NCBI GenBank assembly: GCA_001875345.1
Contig: MIZA01000001.1
Coordinates: 3,340 to 67,339, forward strand
Origin: Marine Group III euryarchaeote CG-Epi1
GTDB taxonomy: Archaea > Thermoplasmatota > Poseidoniia > MGIII > CG-Epi1
DNA: 64,000 bases
Direction: 5' to 3'
Shown piece by piece: positions 54,381 to 63,199 of this stretch. The translations under genes were made by a program, and so were the position numbers. The first letter of the stretch is position 1. Each line of letters starts with the position of its first letter. A model generated the notes under the pieces. The model had not been told where the DNA came from, did not search any database, and was given only the letters and a program-made list of their open reading frames with translations.

Positions 54381-55477
54381 TCTGTACTCTTATAGTCTTC
54401 AGGATTGAAATACCAGCGATCATTATCTGGATCCCATTCATCCCAAGTTGGAATGTCCTTTAACTTTTCTAAATATTTTTTAGGTACGACACCCGGGACT
54501 AGGAATGCTTTTTGTCTTCTGAGAGGGTAAGGATTTCTTAATTCCATGCCTAAAACACCCAAAATTCCTCTTGCAACATACCATGTAGCTTGTGGATTCC
54601 AACCGTGTGCAATTTTTACAACAACACCCAATCCTTCGGGATAATCATCATGAATTATAGATAAGCCAAGAAGTCCGTCTGCACCTTCTTTTGCGATTAC
54701 ATTACCCTTGCATGTTTTAATTATTGTAGTATCTAGTCTGTTAAACCCTCCGACTAAATCTGGATTTGTAACCATTGCTTCCCATATCCAATTTTCATCT
54801 TTCTCTTTAGCTAAACCAGCATAACATGCAGCCAATTCGTTTACAGTATTTGACAAAGTAGGAAATCCATCCCCATCACGCGCAATTCTCTGAGGATTCC
54901 AATCTTTACCCAAAAAGTGTCTTATCTCTTCTAAAAAAGCAAAGAAAAATGGATGGCTAGGTAAGGTGTAACCTGCTCTATTCCAACCTTTCCTTCTACA
55001 ACCCAAAAGAATAGCGGCATGTTGACCTGATGAGTTAGAATACCAGCGTCTTGCTCTTCGTACTTGTCTGCCAAATTGAACTAACGGCAAATCTAAAGGT
55101 GTCTGCATTAATCCCCAATCCGATTGTGGAAGTAGCGACTGTGCAGCTTTAACATGCTCAGAAGTTCCATTGTGACTCGCTACTGATATTGCTTTTTGAT
55201 CCCAATTTAAATCAGATAATTCTTCACTAAAAACCTTTAACATTAATGGCTTCATCATAGAACGGCCATAACAGAGAACATTTCCACCAAAACTATGAAT
55301 GTTTTTGCCTCCACTATACCAGGCAACTGCTCCATGTATTGTTGTCTCGCTAACTCCGTTTCTCCTGTAATCAACTAAAGGTTCCCATTCTACGTCTCTT
55401 CCTGTAGGAATATCTCCTTCAGTGTCTCCTAAAGGACTACTTGGGTACAACTCTTTGATATCTGTAGGGTGACTCAT
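54377..55477 (-). CDS. Asparaginase-II-family (Rhizobium AnsA-type) amidohydrolase-like protein
   Basis: RSMMKPLMLKV and SVASHNGTSEHVKAAQSLL parallel the RSaaKPlQA / aSHsGe..H motifs of that family. Confidence 0.45.
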   Translation of the reverse strand: MSHPTDIKELYPSSPLGDTEGDIPTGRDVEWEPLVDYRRNGVSETTIHGAVAWYSGGKNIHSFGGNVLCYGRSMMKPLMLKVFSEELSDLNWDQKAISVASHNGTSEHVKAAQSLLPQSDWGLMQTPLDLPLVQFGRQVRRARRWYSNSSGQHAAILLGCRRKGWNRAGYTLPSHPFFFAFLEEIRHFLGKDWNPQRIARDGDGFPTLSNTVNELAACYAGLAKEKDENWIWEAMVTNPDLVGGFNRLDTTIIKTCKGNVIAKEGADGLLGLSIIHDDYPEGLGVVVKIAHGWNPQATWYVARGILGVLGMELRNPYPLRRQKAFLVPGVVPKKYLEKLKDIPTWDEWDPDNDRWYFNPEDYKSTE

Positions 55478-56715
55478 TTTGTTAATTCCTCAACACGAGG
55501 TACAACCTTCTTCATGAAAGCTTCCATGTTTCTTATTACTCTAGGGCTGTCATGATTAAAAAAATCAAACCAAGTCATTATGCAATCGTCAGAGTGGAAG
55601 CGTTCTGCTATTTGTTGTGCGACCTGTTCTACATTTCCAATTACAGAATTATCTGCCGCCTTTGATACCTTGTTAGGGTCAATTGTTCCTTCTAATGCAC
55701 CCCAATATGAACTCAATGAATTTTCAGCTTCTTGCTTAGCGGCCTCGGTCTTTTCAGTTTCAGATAAATTTGGCTCATCGTTGACAAATATCATCAACGT
55801 TCTAGGCATATAATTTCGCTTCCAATTTCCGCCATTGGAATTATAATGATTAGCCATTCTATCATGTGTTGCTTCAATTACTTCAGGCGGAGTAATTGAT
55901 AAATTGAAAACTTTAACTGGGCTAATTTTGTTAACTTCTTTTTGTAAATTGCCGTCATGAGAGCCCAGTATCAAATCTAGTAACTCTCTATTCCAAGACT
56001 GTGGAATATTCTTGACATCCTCAAAGACATATCTATTTGGAATAGGTATTTCATTAGGAAATTCTGAAATGGAATCTCGCTTCATTAATGCTTCTTGTAC
56101 TCGTACCCAATCATCGTCGCTACGAAAATTAGACCTTGTCAGAATTGTTTTTCTTATATCTTTACTATTGACTATTTCACCATTAAGTAATTTTAAGAAA
56201 ATTTCAGAAGCTTCAGCAAATATCTGACCTCTCAAAGCAGGCCAAGCAGCTTCCTCAACGATATCTCTTGGAACAATACCATATGGTCTAGCCATAAACT
56301 CAAACCTACCTGCTGAAAAGCCTATTCTCAATTTCCTTTTTTCATCTTTATTGAGTCCATGTAATGCTAAAAAAGCTCCAACCCTCTCAGCAATTCCTAC
56401 AGGACCTCCATGAGTTAAAAGGCTCATTACTGCAGAACCTACATGAATATTATTAGTTCTAGCAAACATTAAATGTGCCAATTGAAAGAAATCTGTACAA
56501 AGACCAACTTCTCCTTGCCAATGTGGAACTACGGGCTGCTTATTGGCTTTCTGAACTTCTGTCGATAAATGGGCCTGAGCAACCCAAGCGGTACCAAAGC
56601 CTAACTGATCTGCCGATTCTAATTGCTCAAAAAAATTCGAATACATCGTATCTTCATCAGGAGTTTCTCCGTCTACAGGAGTCTGCGAAATTGAAAGAAA
56701 TATGTCAAAATCCAT
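55474..56715 (-). CDS. Luciferase-like (LLM-class) flavin-dependent oxidoreductase
   Basis: The N-terminal MDFDIFLSISQTP...ADQLGFGTAWVAQAHLS is typical of LLM TIM-barrel monooxygenases. Length is 413 aa. Confidence 0.55.
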   Translation of the reverse strand: MDFDIFLSISQTPVDGETPDEDTMYSNFFEQLESADQLGFGTAWVAQAHLSTEVQKANKQPVVPHWQGEVGLCTDFFQLAHLMFARTNNIHVGSAVMSLLTHGGPVGIAERVGAFLALHGLNKDEKRKLRIGFSAGRFEFMARPYGIVPRDIVEEAAWPALRGQIFAEASEIFLKLLNGEIVNSKDIRKTILTRSNFRSDDDWVRVQEALMKRDSISEFPNEIPIPNRYVFEDVKNIPQSWNRELLDLILGSHDGNLQKEVNKISPVKVFNLSITPPEVIEATHDRMANHYNSNGGNWKRNYMPRTLMIFVNDEPNLSETEKTEAAKQEAENSLSSYWGALEGTIDPNKVSKAADNSVIGNVEQVAQQIAERFHSDDCIMTWFDFFNHDSPRVIRNMEAFMKKVVPRVEELTK

Positions 56716-57452
56716 TATATTGAACCTGTCCTTCCACCATCTACTGGAATACTGGTTCCTCTCACAAAACTAGCCGCAGGAGATGAAAGAAAGGCAACTA
56801 CTTGGCCCAATTCGGAAGGTGATGCGAGACGCCCTTCTGGAACTGTGCTTAACCAAGAATTTTCTACTTCTTCTTCGCTTATTCCCTTCTGCTTTGAAAG
56901 TGTTTCTTTTAATTCTGTTAGTCTTTCAGTATCTGTGAAGCCCGGTAATACATTGTTGATAGTAATTTGTGGAGGTAATTCTTTGGACATTGTTTTAGAC
57001 CAAGAAGCCATAGCGCCCCTAATGGTATTACTGACTCCTAAGCCAGGAATAGGTTCCTTAACTGAAGTAGAAATAATATTAACTATTCTTCCATAATTTA
57101 ATGATTTCATGCCTTCAAAAAGTAATTGAACTAAAGTCTGTGAAGCTAAGACATGTCTAAGAAAGGCCTTTTCAAAATCATACGGCTGAGCGCTAATAAG
57201 CGGACCCGACGGAGGACCTCCTGAATTATTTACCAAAATGTGAAACGGACCATTAGCCTCAATTTCCTCAGTGACTAAGGATTTTAAGGAATCCAAATCT
57301 TCGAGATCGCAAGAAATATTGCCAGATCCAGAGGCGCTTCTAGATAGAATTACCACATCCGCCCCATTCTCTCTGAGTGCATTTACAGTAGCTTTTCCAA
57401 TACCACTTGTACCTCCACAAACTAGTGCTCTTTTACCTTTTAAGTCAATCAA
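56715..57452 (-). CDS. Short-chain dehydrogenase/reductase
   Basis: TTG start. LVCGGTSGIGKAT is the TGxxxGxG motif and NNSGG is also present. Length is 245 aa. Confidence 0.8.
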   Translation of the reverse strand: MIDLKGKRALVCGGTSGIGKATVNALRENGADVVILSRSASGSGNISCDLEDLDSLKSLVTEEIEANGPFHILVNNSGGPPSGPLISAQPYDFEKAFLRHVLASQTLVQLLFEGMKSLNYGRIVNIISTSVKEPIPGLGVSNTIRGAMASWSKTMSKELPPQITINNVLPGFTDTERLTELKETLSKQKGISEEEVENSWLSTVPEGRLASPSELGQVVAFLSSPAASFVRGTSIPVDGGRTGSI

Positions 57453-58385
57453 TTATTCACCTCGAAACTCGTAAAACTCTTTATTTTTGAGTGTTGGTAA
57501 TGCATCTTTTTTAATTAAAATACTTCGAACTGCCCACAAATCAACAAAGACTCTGTATTTAGTTGTCATATCTAGATAATCAACACCTGATGAACCGCCG
57601 GTACCAATCCGTCTTCCTATCATACGCTCAACCATTCTTGCATGTGAAGTACGCCAAAGAATCATAGCTTGCTCTAATTCAATTAAAGTCGAAATTAACT
57701 TACGAGGCCAAGACAAAAGAGGAAGCTCACGGTATGACTCAATGAATACCAAACCGGCTCGTCTTCTACGTAATGATTTATCTTCATCAAAAAAGCTAAC
57801 TACTTCTTCGTTTGTATCTGGATATAATTTCTTGTGGGCTGACAAGTAATCACTAATAAACTTGTCTACTTGTTTTTCATCTCCTTCTGAGGCGTAAACT
57901 GATCCTTGTATGGGAGTTCTCTCAAGCCAGTCGCATGTCGCATCATACAATGATTTGCCACTTTCAGGTTTTCCAACCAATTTACCATCAATCCACTTTG
58001 AACCCATCAAAGCTTCCATTTCTCTCATTTGAAAAGATTCAAAACCTGAGGCTGTACCTAATTCATCTCTAAAATTGAGGAAATCTTGAGGTTCTAAGGT
58101 CTCCATAACACGCCATTGCTGAGACATAAGTTTGAATGTCTCAATCACTCTTTCCATATGATGTACGGCCTGAGGTAGTTTTGTTTCCTCAACGTAATCT
58201 GATGATAAAATATCACTTGTACATTTCAACTCATTTATTACTAATTTAAACCATAACTCAAAATTTTGATGAACTAGAATAAAATGCAATTCATCATTAC
58301 TAATTTTACGAGTTTCTCCCTCGACACCAGTCTGCAATTTGAGCAATTCCTCTAATCTCAGATATTCTGAATATGTTGGAGACAT
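57453..58385 (-). CDS. kynA: Tryptophan 2,3-dioxygenase
   Basis: YSEYLRLEELLKLQ...NDELHFILVHQNFELWFKLVINEL is the conserved TDO N-terminal signature. Confidence 0.8.
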   Translation of the reverse strand: MSPTYSEYLRLEELLKLQTGVEGETRKISNDELHFILVHQNFELWFKLVINELKCTSDILSSDYVEETKLPQAVHHMERVIETFKLMSQQWRVMETLEPQDFLNFRDELGTASGFESFQMREMEALMGSKWIDGKLVGKPESGKSLYDATCDWLERTPIQGSVYASEGDEKQVDKFISDYLSAHKKLYPDTNEEVVSFFDEDKSLRRRRAGLVFIESYRELPLLSWPRKLISTLIELEQAMILWRTSHARMVERMIGRRIGTGGSSGVDYLDMTTKYRVFVDLWAVRSILIKKDALPTLKNKEFYEFRGE

Positions 58386-58402
58386 TAATGCCCAATAAGG
58401 AT

Positions 58403-58416
58403 TGTATATTATATCG
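58403..58416. promoter_or_regulatory. Shared central TATA element of a divergent leaderless pair (kynA / esterase)
   Basis: tgtatattatatcg is centred about 24-25 nt from both start codons, 58385 (-) and 58434 (+). Confidence 0.35.
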
Positions 58417-58433
58417 ACTGCGTTTGGGGTACT

Positions 58434-58922
58434 ATGTTAATCTGGGCGCACGGATTGTGGGGCAGTCCGAATGGAAGTAAGGTTACAGCTATAAGAGAAA
58501 GCGGAATTAAAGTCAATTCACCTGATTTTAATAATATGGAATTAGATGAAAGAGTGGATATACTAAATGAGCTTGTTTCTAAAGAAGAAGTTGTACTTGC
58601 AGGATCAAGTTACGGTGGTTTAGCATGTGCATTGGTTGCTCAACAACAACCTAAACAAGTAAAGGGTATGTTGCTTCTGGCTCCAGCTTTGCATTTGCCT
58701 GAAGCTCCTAATAATGCTCCTGAAAATTTAGTTGCACCAAAGGATTTACCAATTACCATAATACATTCCACTACTGATGAAATAGTACCAATTAGTGCAA
58801 GTCAGAATTATGTGGACCGCTCTGAAAATAAAATTAACTTAATTGAAGTGGAAGATTCCCACGTGCTGGAAAACTCCATTGAGCTTATAATCTCTGAAAC
58901 TAATAAATTACTTAATCGCTGA
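58434..58922 (+). CDS. Minimal alpha/beta-fold serine esterase (YqiA-like)
   Basis: A Ser-Asp-His triad is visible: LAGSSYGG, STTDEIVP and EDSHVL. Length is 162 aa. Confidence 0.5.
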   Translation: MLIWAHGLWGSPNGSKVTAIRESGIKVNSPDFNNMELDERVDILNELVSKEEVVLAGSSYGGLACALVAQQQPKQVKGMLLLAPALHLPEAPNNAPENLVAPKDLPITIIHSTTDEIVPISASQNYVDRSENKINLIEVEDSHVLENSIELIISETNKLLNR

Positions 58923-58933
58923 AATACTTTACT

Positions 58934-61507
58934 TTACTGACTGGATTCTTCTTCAGGAGGTGCTTCTCCTTCACCCTCTTCAGTTGAGCCTGAATCTTCA
59001 GAATCTTCCTTTTCAGATGATTCCTCTTCTATTTCTTCATAGTAATAATATGGTTCGTAGACTGGTTTATTATTTGAAGGCAACTCTGTGAAACCTGTTT
59101 TCTCCATAGTTGCTACATTGTGTGCTGTAACTGCTTTTTCACTAATTGCGTAAATGTAATCTCCTCCGCCCATGAATATGCTTCGCTTGATATCTGGACT
59201 ATCCCATGAATATCTTGAACCGTAGTATGAAGAATGATCTATGTTTTCACTATATATCTCTAAAGATTTACCTGGTGTGGCATTAATTAACATTAACTTA
59301 GAAATATACTCGTATCCATAATAATGGTACGTCTTGCCATCTTCTTCTACCGTATCTTGATACCATCGACTAGTGGACATTGGAATGGCTAATAATCCAT
59401 CATCTTCCCAATATTGGAAAGCTTTATGCTCGTAAGTAGCTTCACTATGTGAATAGGACCACCCATTTTCCCCATTTGGTGCTGGGTTTAGCTTTAAGGA
59501 GCTTTCAAGAATTGGATTTGAAAAATCACTAACATCAAAGAATGATATCTGAGTAACTCCCCAATCTAATCCATCATCATCACCAGCGATTCCTATTGTA
59601 AGAAGATGTGTGTCTCCTACCGGATGTATGTATGTAGATACTCCTGGAACTTTTAATTCTCCAATTACTCTAGGATTAGTTGGTTCACTTAAATCAATGG
59701 TCCATAATGGATCAATATTTCTGAATGTTACAATGTATGCTTTATCTCCAACAAATCTTGCTGACCAAATACTCTCATCTGGTGCAATATCTCCTACTTT
59801 TCCTATTACTTCGTATTCTGTTTTATCTGCATTTAATCCTAAAACAAATACATGACTTAACATTGGTTCTGGATTATCCATCCACCATCTTCCCCACTGC
59901 CCTGTTGTAGAACAAACTCGAATATTTCCATCATGCTCAGACAAAGAAAACTGATCTTGAATTGTACCATTTATTCTTCCACTAGCAATGTAATCTGTTT
60001 GACCAGGATTAGATATATCAAAAACATGAAGGTTTGTCATTTCTTGATAATTTGATTCTTCTTCTCCCCAAAACCACCACGAACTCTGGGAAGCTTCAGC
60101 CATTATCATTACATCTCCTGAAGCATAAACTGTAGCCCAATTACTCAATATGTGATCTGCATTGAAACTAAAATTTTCTTCTAATAAATCAAGAGTCATA
60201 ATTGAAGTAATGCCTTGACCTGTACTATCTGATGCTGTAGCAAAATTTTGACAATTGCCATCTCCAGATTCAGTATACTTGTGTATTGTAATATTATCTC
60301 CTGATTTTTCATAGATGCGAGGTAAAAGATCATCTAAAGGAGTTTGATCAATAACCTTATCGTTGTATTCAATTGTTTCATTCATTACTTCCATCCAAAT
60401 TTGTTCTCTCTTAGAGCTATCCCAATCAAGCTCCCAATATGTTCGATAATCTGAAAAATCTAACCATGTCTTTAATCCATCGATTTCCATCCAACCATAT
60501 GAGACCATGCGAACTGTACCTCCAGATTCACGTGCTGTCTGATAGTCTCCTTCAATGTATAATTCCTTAGAAATCTGTGGTGAACTTCTATTAGTTAAAT
60601 CTAAAACTGTTAATTTGGTGAATGACGTGGTCCTATAATAATGGCCGTAGTCATAATCCATAATAATCTCTTCAGATTCTTTAGAACTGTCAATAGAAAT
60701 TGGTGCTTTTCTTTCCTTCTTAACAACATCATCAAGAGGATGTTTTTCTTCATAATAACCATAAATTTGAACGTTAGAATAAACGACTGCTTTCTCATCA
60801 ACTAAAAGCATCTCAGTTGGACGTCCTTCTATAGATATATTTGATAAATAAGATATATTACCTACTTCCGGAATATCAAGAATATGTAATTTACCTGAAG
60901 GATATCTACCATAATCTGAATAACCTTTGTTAATCATGTAAACAAAAGAACCATCCGTTTTAACAAAATCAGCCTCGTCCACTCCTTGTTCTTGATTATT
61001 GGTTCCTGAAAAATCCACTCCCTGCTCACTTCCCGGTGAATTTTTAGGAGAACCTCCTGAGGAAGGTGCTGAATCTGCTGCTGAAGTTGCACCATCCATT
61101 TCCATAACTGCATCATCTACAAACATTATATCGTCTTCAATCCAACCTCCACCATAATAGTAAGAATTAGTACCAAGAGTAACACGCATTTCTTCTTTCA
61201 AGTGCCCTTTCAAATCCATTTCGAGAAAACCACAAGTATCATAAGAAGACAAAGTAGGTGACGAACGTGATCTATCTGATAATATATTCTCAAGATAACT
61301 GGATTGTGAGGAAGTCAAACCATTTGGTGTAAAACTTTCTTCATCCTCAGGAGTATATGATGCAAGTGCTAAAGTTAGAATGACAACTGCAAATACAGCA
61401 AACACACCAGAAGGAATTCCCCCAAAAGGTTCTGGAATTGGGGCACTAGAACCTGATAAAACCTTAGGCTTATTCAACGCTTTTCCAAAAACTTCTATTT
61501 TATCCAT
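58934..61507 (-). CDS. Membrane-anchored beta-propeller-domain (PF09826-like) surface protein with an acidic tail
   Basis: An N-terminal TM (VFAVFAVVILTLALA), then TNNQEQGVDEADFVKTDGSFVYMI (the Beta_propel signature). The C-terminus is EEIEEESSEKEDSEDSGSTEEGEGE. The start is taken at MDKIEV. Confidence 0.6.
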   Translation of the reverse strand: MDKIEVFGKALNKPKVLSGSSAPIPEPFGGIPSGVFAVFAVVILTLALASYTPEDEESFTPNGLTSSQSSYLENILSDRSRSSPTLSSYDTCGFLEMDLKGHLKEEMRVTLGTNSYYYGGGWIEDDIMFVDDAVMEMDGATSAADSAPSSGGSPKNSPGSEQGVDFSGTNNQEQGVDEADFVKTDGSFVYMINKGYSDYGRYPSGKLHILDIPEVGNISYLSNISIEGRPTEMLLVDEKAVVYSNVQIYGYYEEKHPLDDVVKKERKAPISIDSSKESEEIIMDYDYGHYYRTTSFTKLTVLDLTNRSSPQISKELYIEGDYQTARESGGTVRMVSYGWMEIDGLKTWLDFSDYRTYWELDWDSSKREQIWMEVMNETIEYNDKVIDQTPLDDLLPRIYEKSGDNITIHKYTESGDGNCQNFATASDSTGQGITSIMTLDLLEENFSFNADHILSNWATVYASGDVMIMAEASQSSWWFWGEEESNYQEMTNLHVFDISNPGQTDYIASGRINGTIQDQFSLSEHDGNIRVCSTTGQWGRWWMDNPEPMLSHVFVLGLNADKTEYEVIGKVGDIAPDESIWSARFVGDKAYIVTFRNIDPLWTIDLSEPTNPRVIGELKVPGVSTYIHPVGDTHLLTIGIAGDDDGLDWGVTQISFFDVSDFSNPILESSLKLNPAPNGENGWSYSHSEATYEHKAFQYWEDDGLLAIPMSTSRWYQDTVEEDGKTYHYYGYEYISKLMLINATPGKSLEIYSENIDHSSYYGSRYSWDSPDIKRSIFMGGGDYIYAISEKAVTAHNVATMEKTGFTELPSNNKPVYEPYYYYEEIEEESSEKEDSEDSGSTEEGEGEAPPEEESSQ

Positions 61508-61688
61508 CCAAAAAAATACCCTTACCTTTATTTCCATCATCCTTGGAATATGATTCTAATTTTTCGAGACACCTTTTACATGTTACGTGAATTCTGTTTG
61601 CACTTCTCAATTGCTTTAGTTCTCCAGTAGTCAAAGGCCAACCACAGAGGGTCTTGTCTTCAGTACCAAGCATGTGTCTTCTTCTCAT
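61500..61688 (-). CDS. Small Cys/His-containing protein (possible zinc-ribbon-like), hypothetical
   Basis: MRRRHMLGTEDKTLCGWP...RIHVTCKRCLEKL. It has its own TATA box 22 nt upstream, and its stop overlaps the downstream start by 8 nt. Confidence 0.3.
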   Translation of the reverse strand: MRRRHMLGTEDKTLCGWPLTTGELKQLRSANRIHVTCKRCLEKLESYSKDDGNKGKGIFLDG

Positions 61689-61709
61689 AAAAATTACTTT
61701 TGTTAAAAG

Positions 61710-61717
61710 TATATAAA
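61710..61717 (-). promoter_or_regulatory. TATA box for the small Cys/His ORF (leaderless)
   Basis: The minus strand reads ttttatatac, and the box ends 22 nt before the ATG at 61688. Confidence 0.4.
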
Positions 61718-61738
61718 AGAATGCCAAAAAAATTTGGA

Positions 61739-62146
61739 CTATTCTTTTAATTCTATTGTAAATAATCTTAGCAGTGTCAAAATAGATTCCTCAAGAACCT
61801 TATTATCTTGAGAAATAGCTTGTGAAAAATCAATACCTGATGCCAATTTCTCAATTAATTCCTGTGTTATTACTGTCTCTTTAAGATATTTATATATATT
61901 TTTATCCGAAAATATCTGCTGAGCCGAATACAAGGAATCTATCTTAATTAATTGACCATTATCAACTAATTTATCAATATGGTAATCAACTAATTGTGAT
62001 GAGATATCTGCTACATCTGCTATTTTCCTCTTGGATGCAGGTTTACCTATCTTTATTGCAGCAAATAAGATTCGAAACAATTTGTCGGAGTCCTCAAAAT
62101 TATGTTTTAGACGTACATTTATTTCCGACATTATGTCATTAGCCAA
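61739..62146 (-). CDS. Winged-helix transcriptional regulator
   Basis: KPASKRKIADVADISSQLVDYHIDKLVDNGQLIKI shows an HTH-plus-wing pattern. Length is 135 aa. Confidence 0.5.
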   Translation of the reverse strand: MANDIMSEINVRLKHNFEDSDKLFRILFAAIKIGKPASKRKIADVADISSQLVDYHIDKLVDNGQLIKIDSLYSAQQIFSDKNIYKYLKETVITQELIEKLASGIDFSQAISQDNKVLEESILTLLRLFTIELKE

Positions 62147-62188
62147 ACTTGACCATATAAGTTATTGCCAAAGAAATTTGGCATTTAA

Positions 62189-63199
62189 TTAATCAAAATC
62201 GATCAATACTTTTCCTATATTTTTCCTATCTTGGATATAATGATGCGCATCAGAAGCTTGCTCTTTTGAAAATACTTTATCAACGTGAGGATTAATTTTA
62301 CCTTCATCAATCCAACTTAATAAATCATCTTTGGCCTTCTCTAAATGATCTAGATTTTTCCAACGTCCTAAATGGATTCCAAAAACTCCCCTGTTACTCG
62401 ACATCATTTTCAAAGGATCAAACTTAGGGAATGTCAACCAAGATTTCAAGCGAGCCCATTGACTTTTACGCTTAGTAGGTGCCATGTCGGAAATTCCAAA
62501 TGAACAAACACGACCTCCTGAACCCAAACATCTGTAAGACTGCATTAAGTGCTCTCCACCTATTGGATCTAAAACTAAATCAACTCCTTGGCCCTCAGTC
62601 CAATCCATTATCTCAGCCAAAAAATTATCCTTATCTATAGGAAGGACTCCATTATCTGAAATAAAATCATGCTTATTCGGAGAACAAGTTCCAAATATAT
62701 TCTTAGCTCCTGCAATTTTTGCTAATTCTGTAGCTGCAAGGCCAACACCTCCTGCAGCTCCATGAATCAGAATAGATTCTCCATGCTGTAAAGCTCCAGG
62801 ATGAATAACCATCAAGTATGATGTAAAATATACTGCTGGAAACGCTGCTGCAACCTCAAACGTAATCTCATCTGGAATTTTAAAAACTGTGGCTGCTTTA
62901 GAAATAGTGTGAGTTGAATAACCACCGCTACCGCCTGAACCTACTACTCTATCTCCAACTTTAAAATTTTTAACATCAGGGCCTACTTCGTGAACTGTTC
63001 CTGAAACTTCCATACCTGGTGTAAATGGAGGTTTAGGTGCTCCTGGATAAAGACCCATACGTGCGAGAATATCTGCAAAATTAATACCAGCCTTAGAAAC
63101 TCTTATACAAATTTCTCCAGAACCCGGAGAAGGTGTTGGGAGTTCCTGAAGCTCCATACAATCTGGATCTCCATGCCTTGTAACTATTATTGATTCCAT
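62189..63199 (-). CDS. Medium-chain (zinc-type) quinone oxidoreductase, VAT-1-like
   Basis: GINFADILARMGLYPGAPKPPFTPGMEVSGTV and IHGAAGGVGLAA. Confidence 0.8.
   Translation of the reverse strand: MESIIVTRHGDPDCMELQELPTPSPGSGEICIRVSKAGINFADILARMGLYPGAPKPPFTPGMEVSGTVHEVGPDVKNFKVGDRVVGSGGSGGYSTHTISKAATVFKIPDEITFEVAAAFPAVYFTSYLMVIHPGALQHGESILIHGAAGGVGLAATELAKIAGAKNIFGTCSPNKHDFISDNGVLPIDKDNFLAEIMDWTEGQGVDLVLDPIGGEHLMQSYRCLGSGGRVCSFGISDMAPTKRKSQWARLKSWLTFPKFDPLKMMSSNRGVFGIHLGRWKNLDHLEKAKDDLLSWIDEGKINPHVDKVFSKEQASDAHHYIQDRKNIGKVLIDFD

Noticed and set aside
59610-61116. Short ORFs inside the beta-propeller gene: 59610-59855 (+), 59725-59910 (+), 60610-60801 (-) and 60934-61116 (-).
   Set aside because: They are antisense or out of frame relative to a long ORF with the Beta_propel signature. 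Their composition is biased (Leu/Ile/Gln-rich) and there is no independent support.
61508-61727. Longer forms of the beta-propeller ORF (start 61540) and of the small ORF (start 61727).
   Set aside because: The TATA box at 61710-61717 lies inside the longer small-ORF form and is correctly spaced for the ATG at 61688. MDKIEV at 61507 gives an 8-nt coupled overlap. The longer forms remain possible but are less parsimonious.
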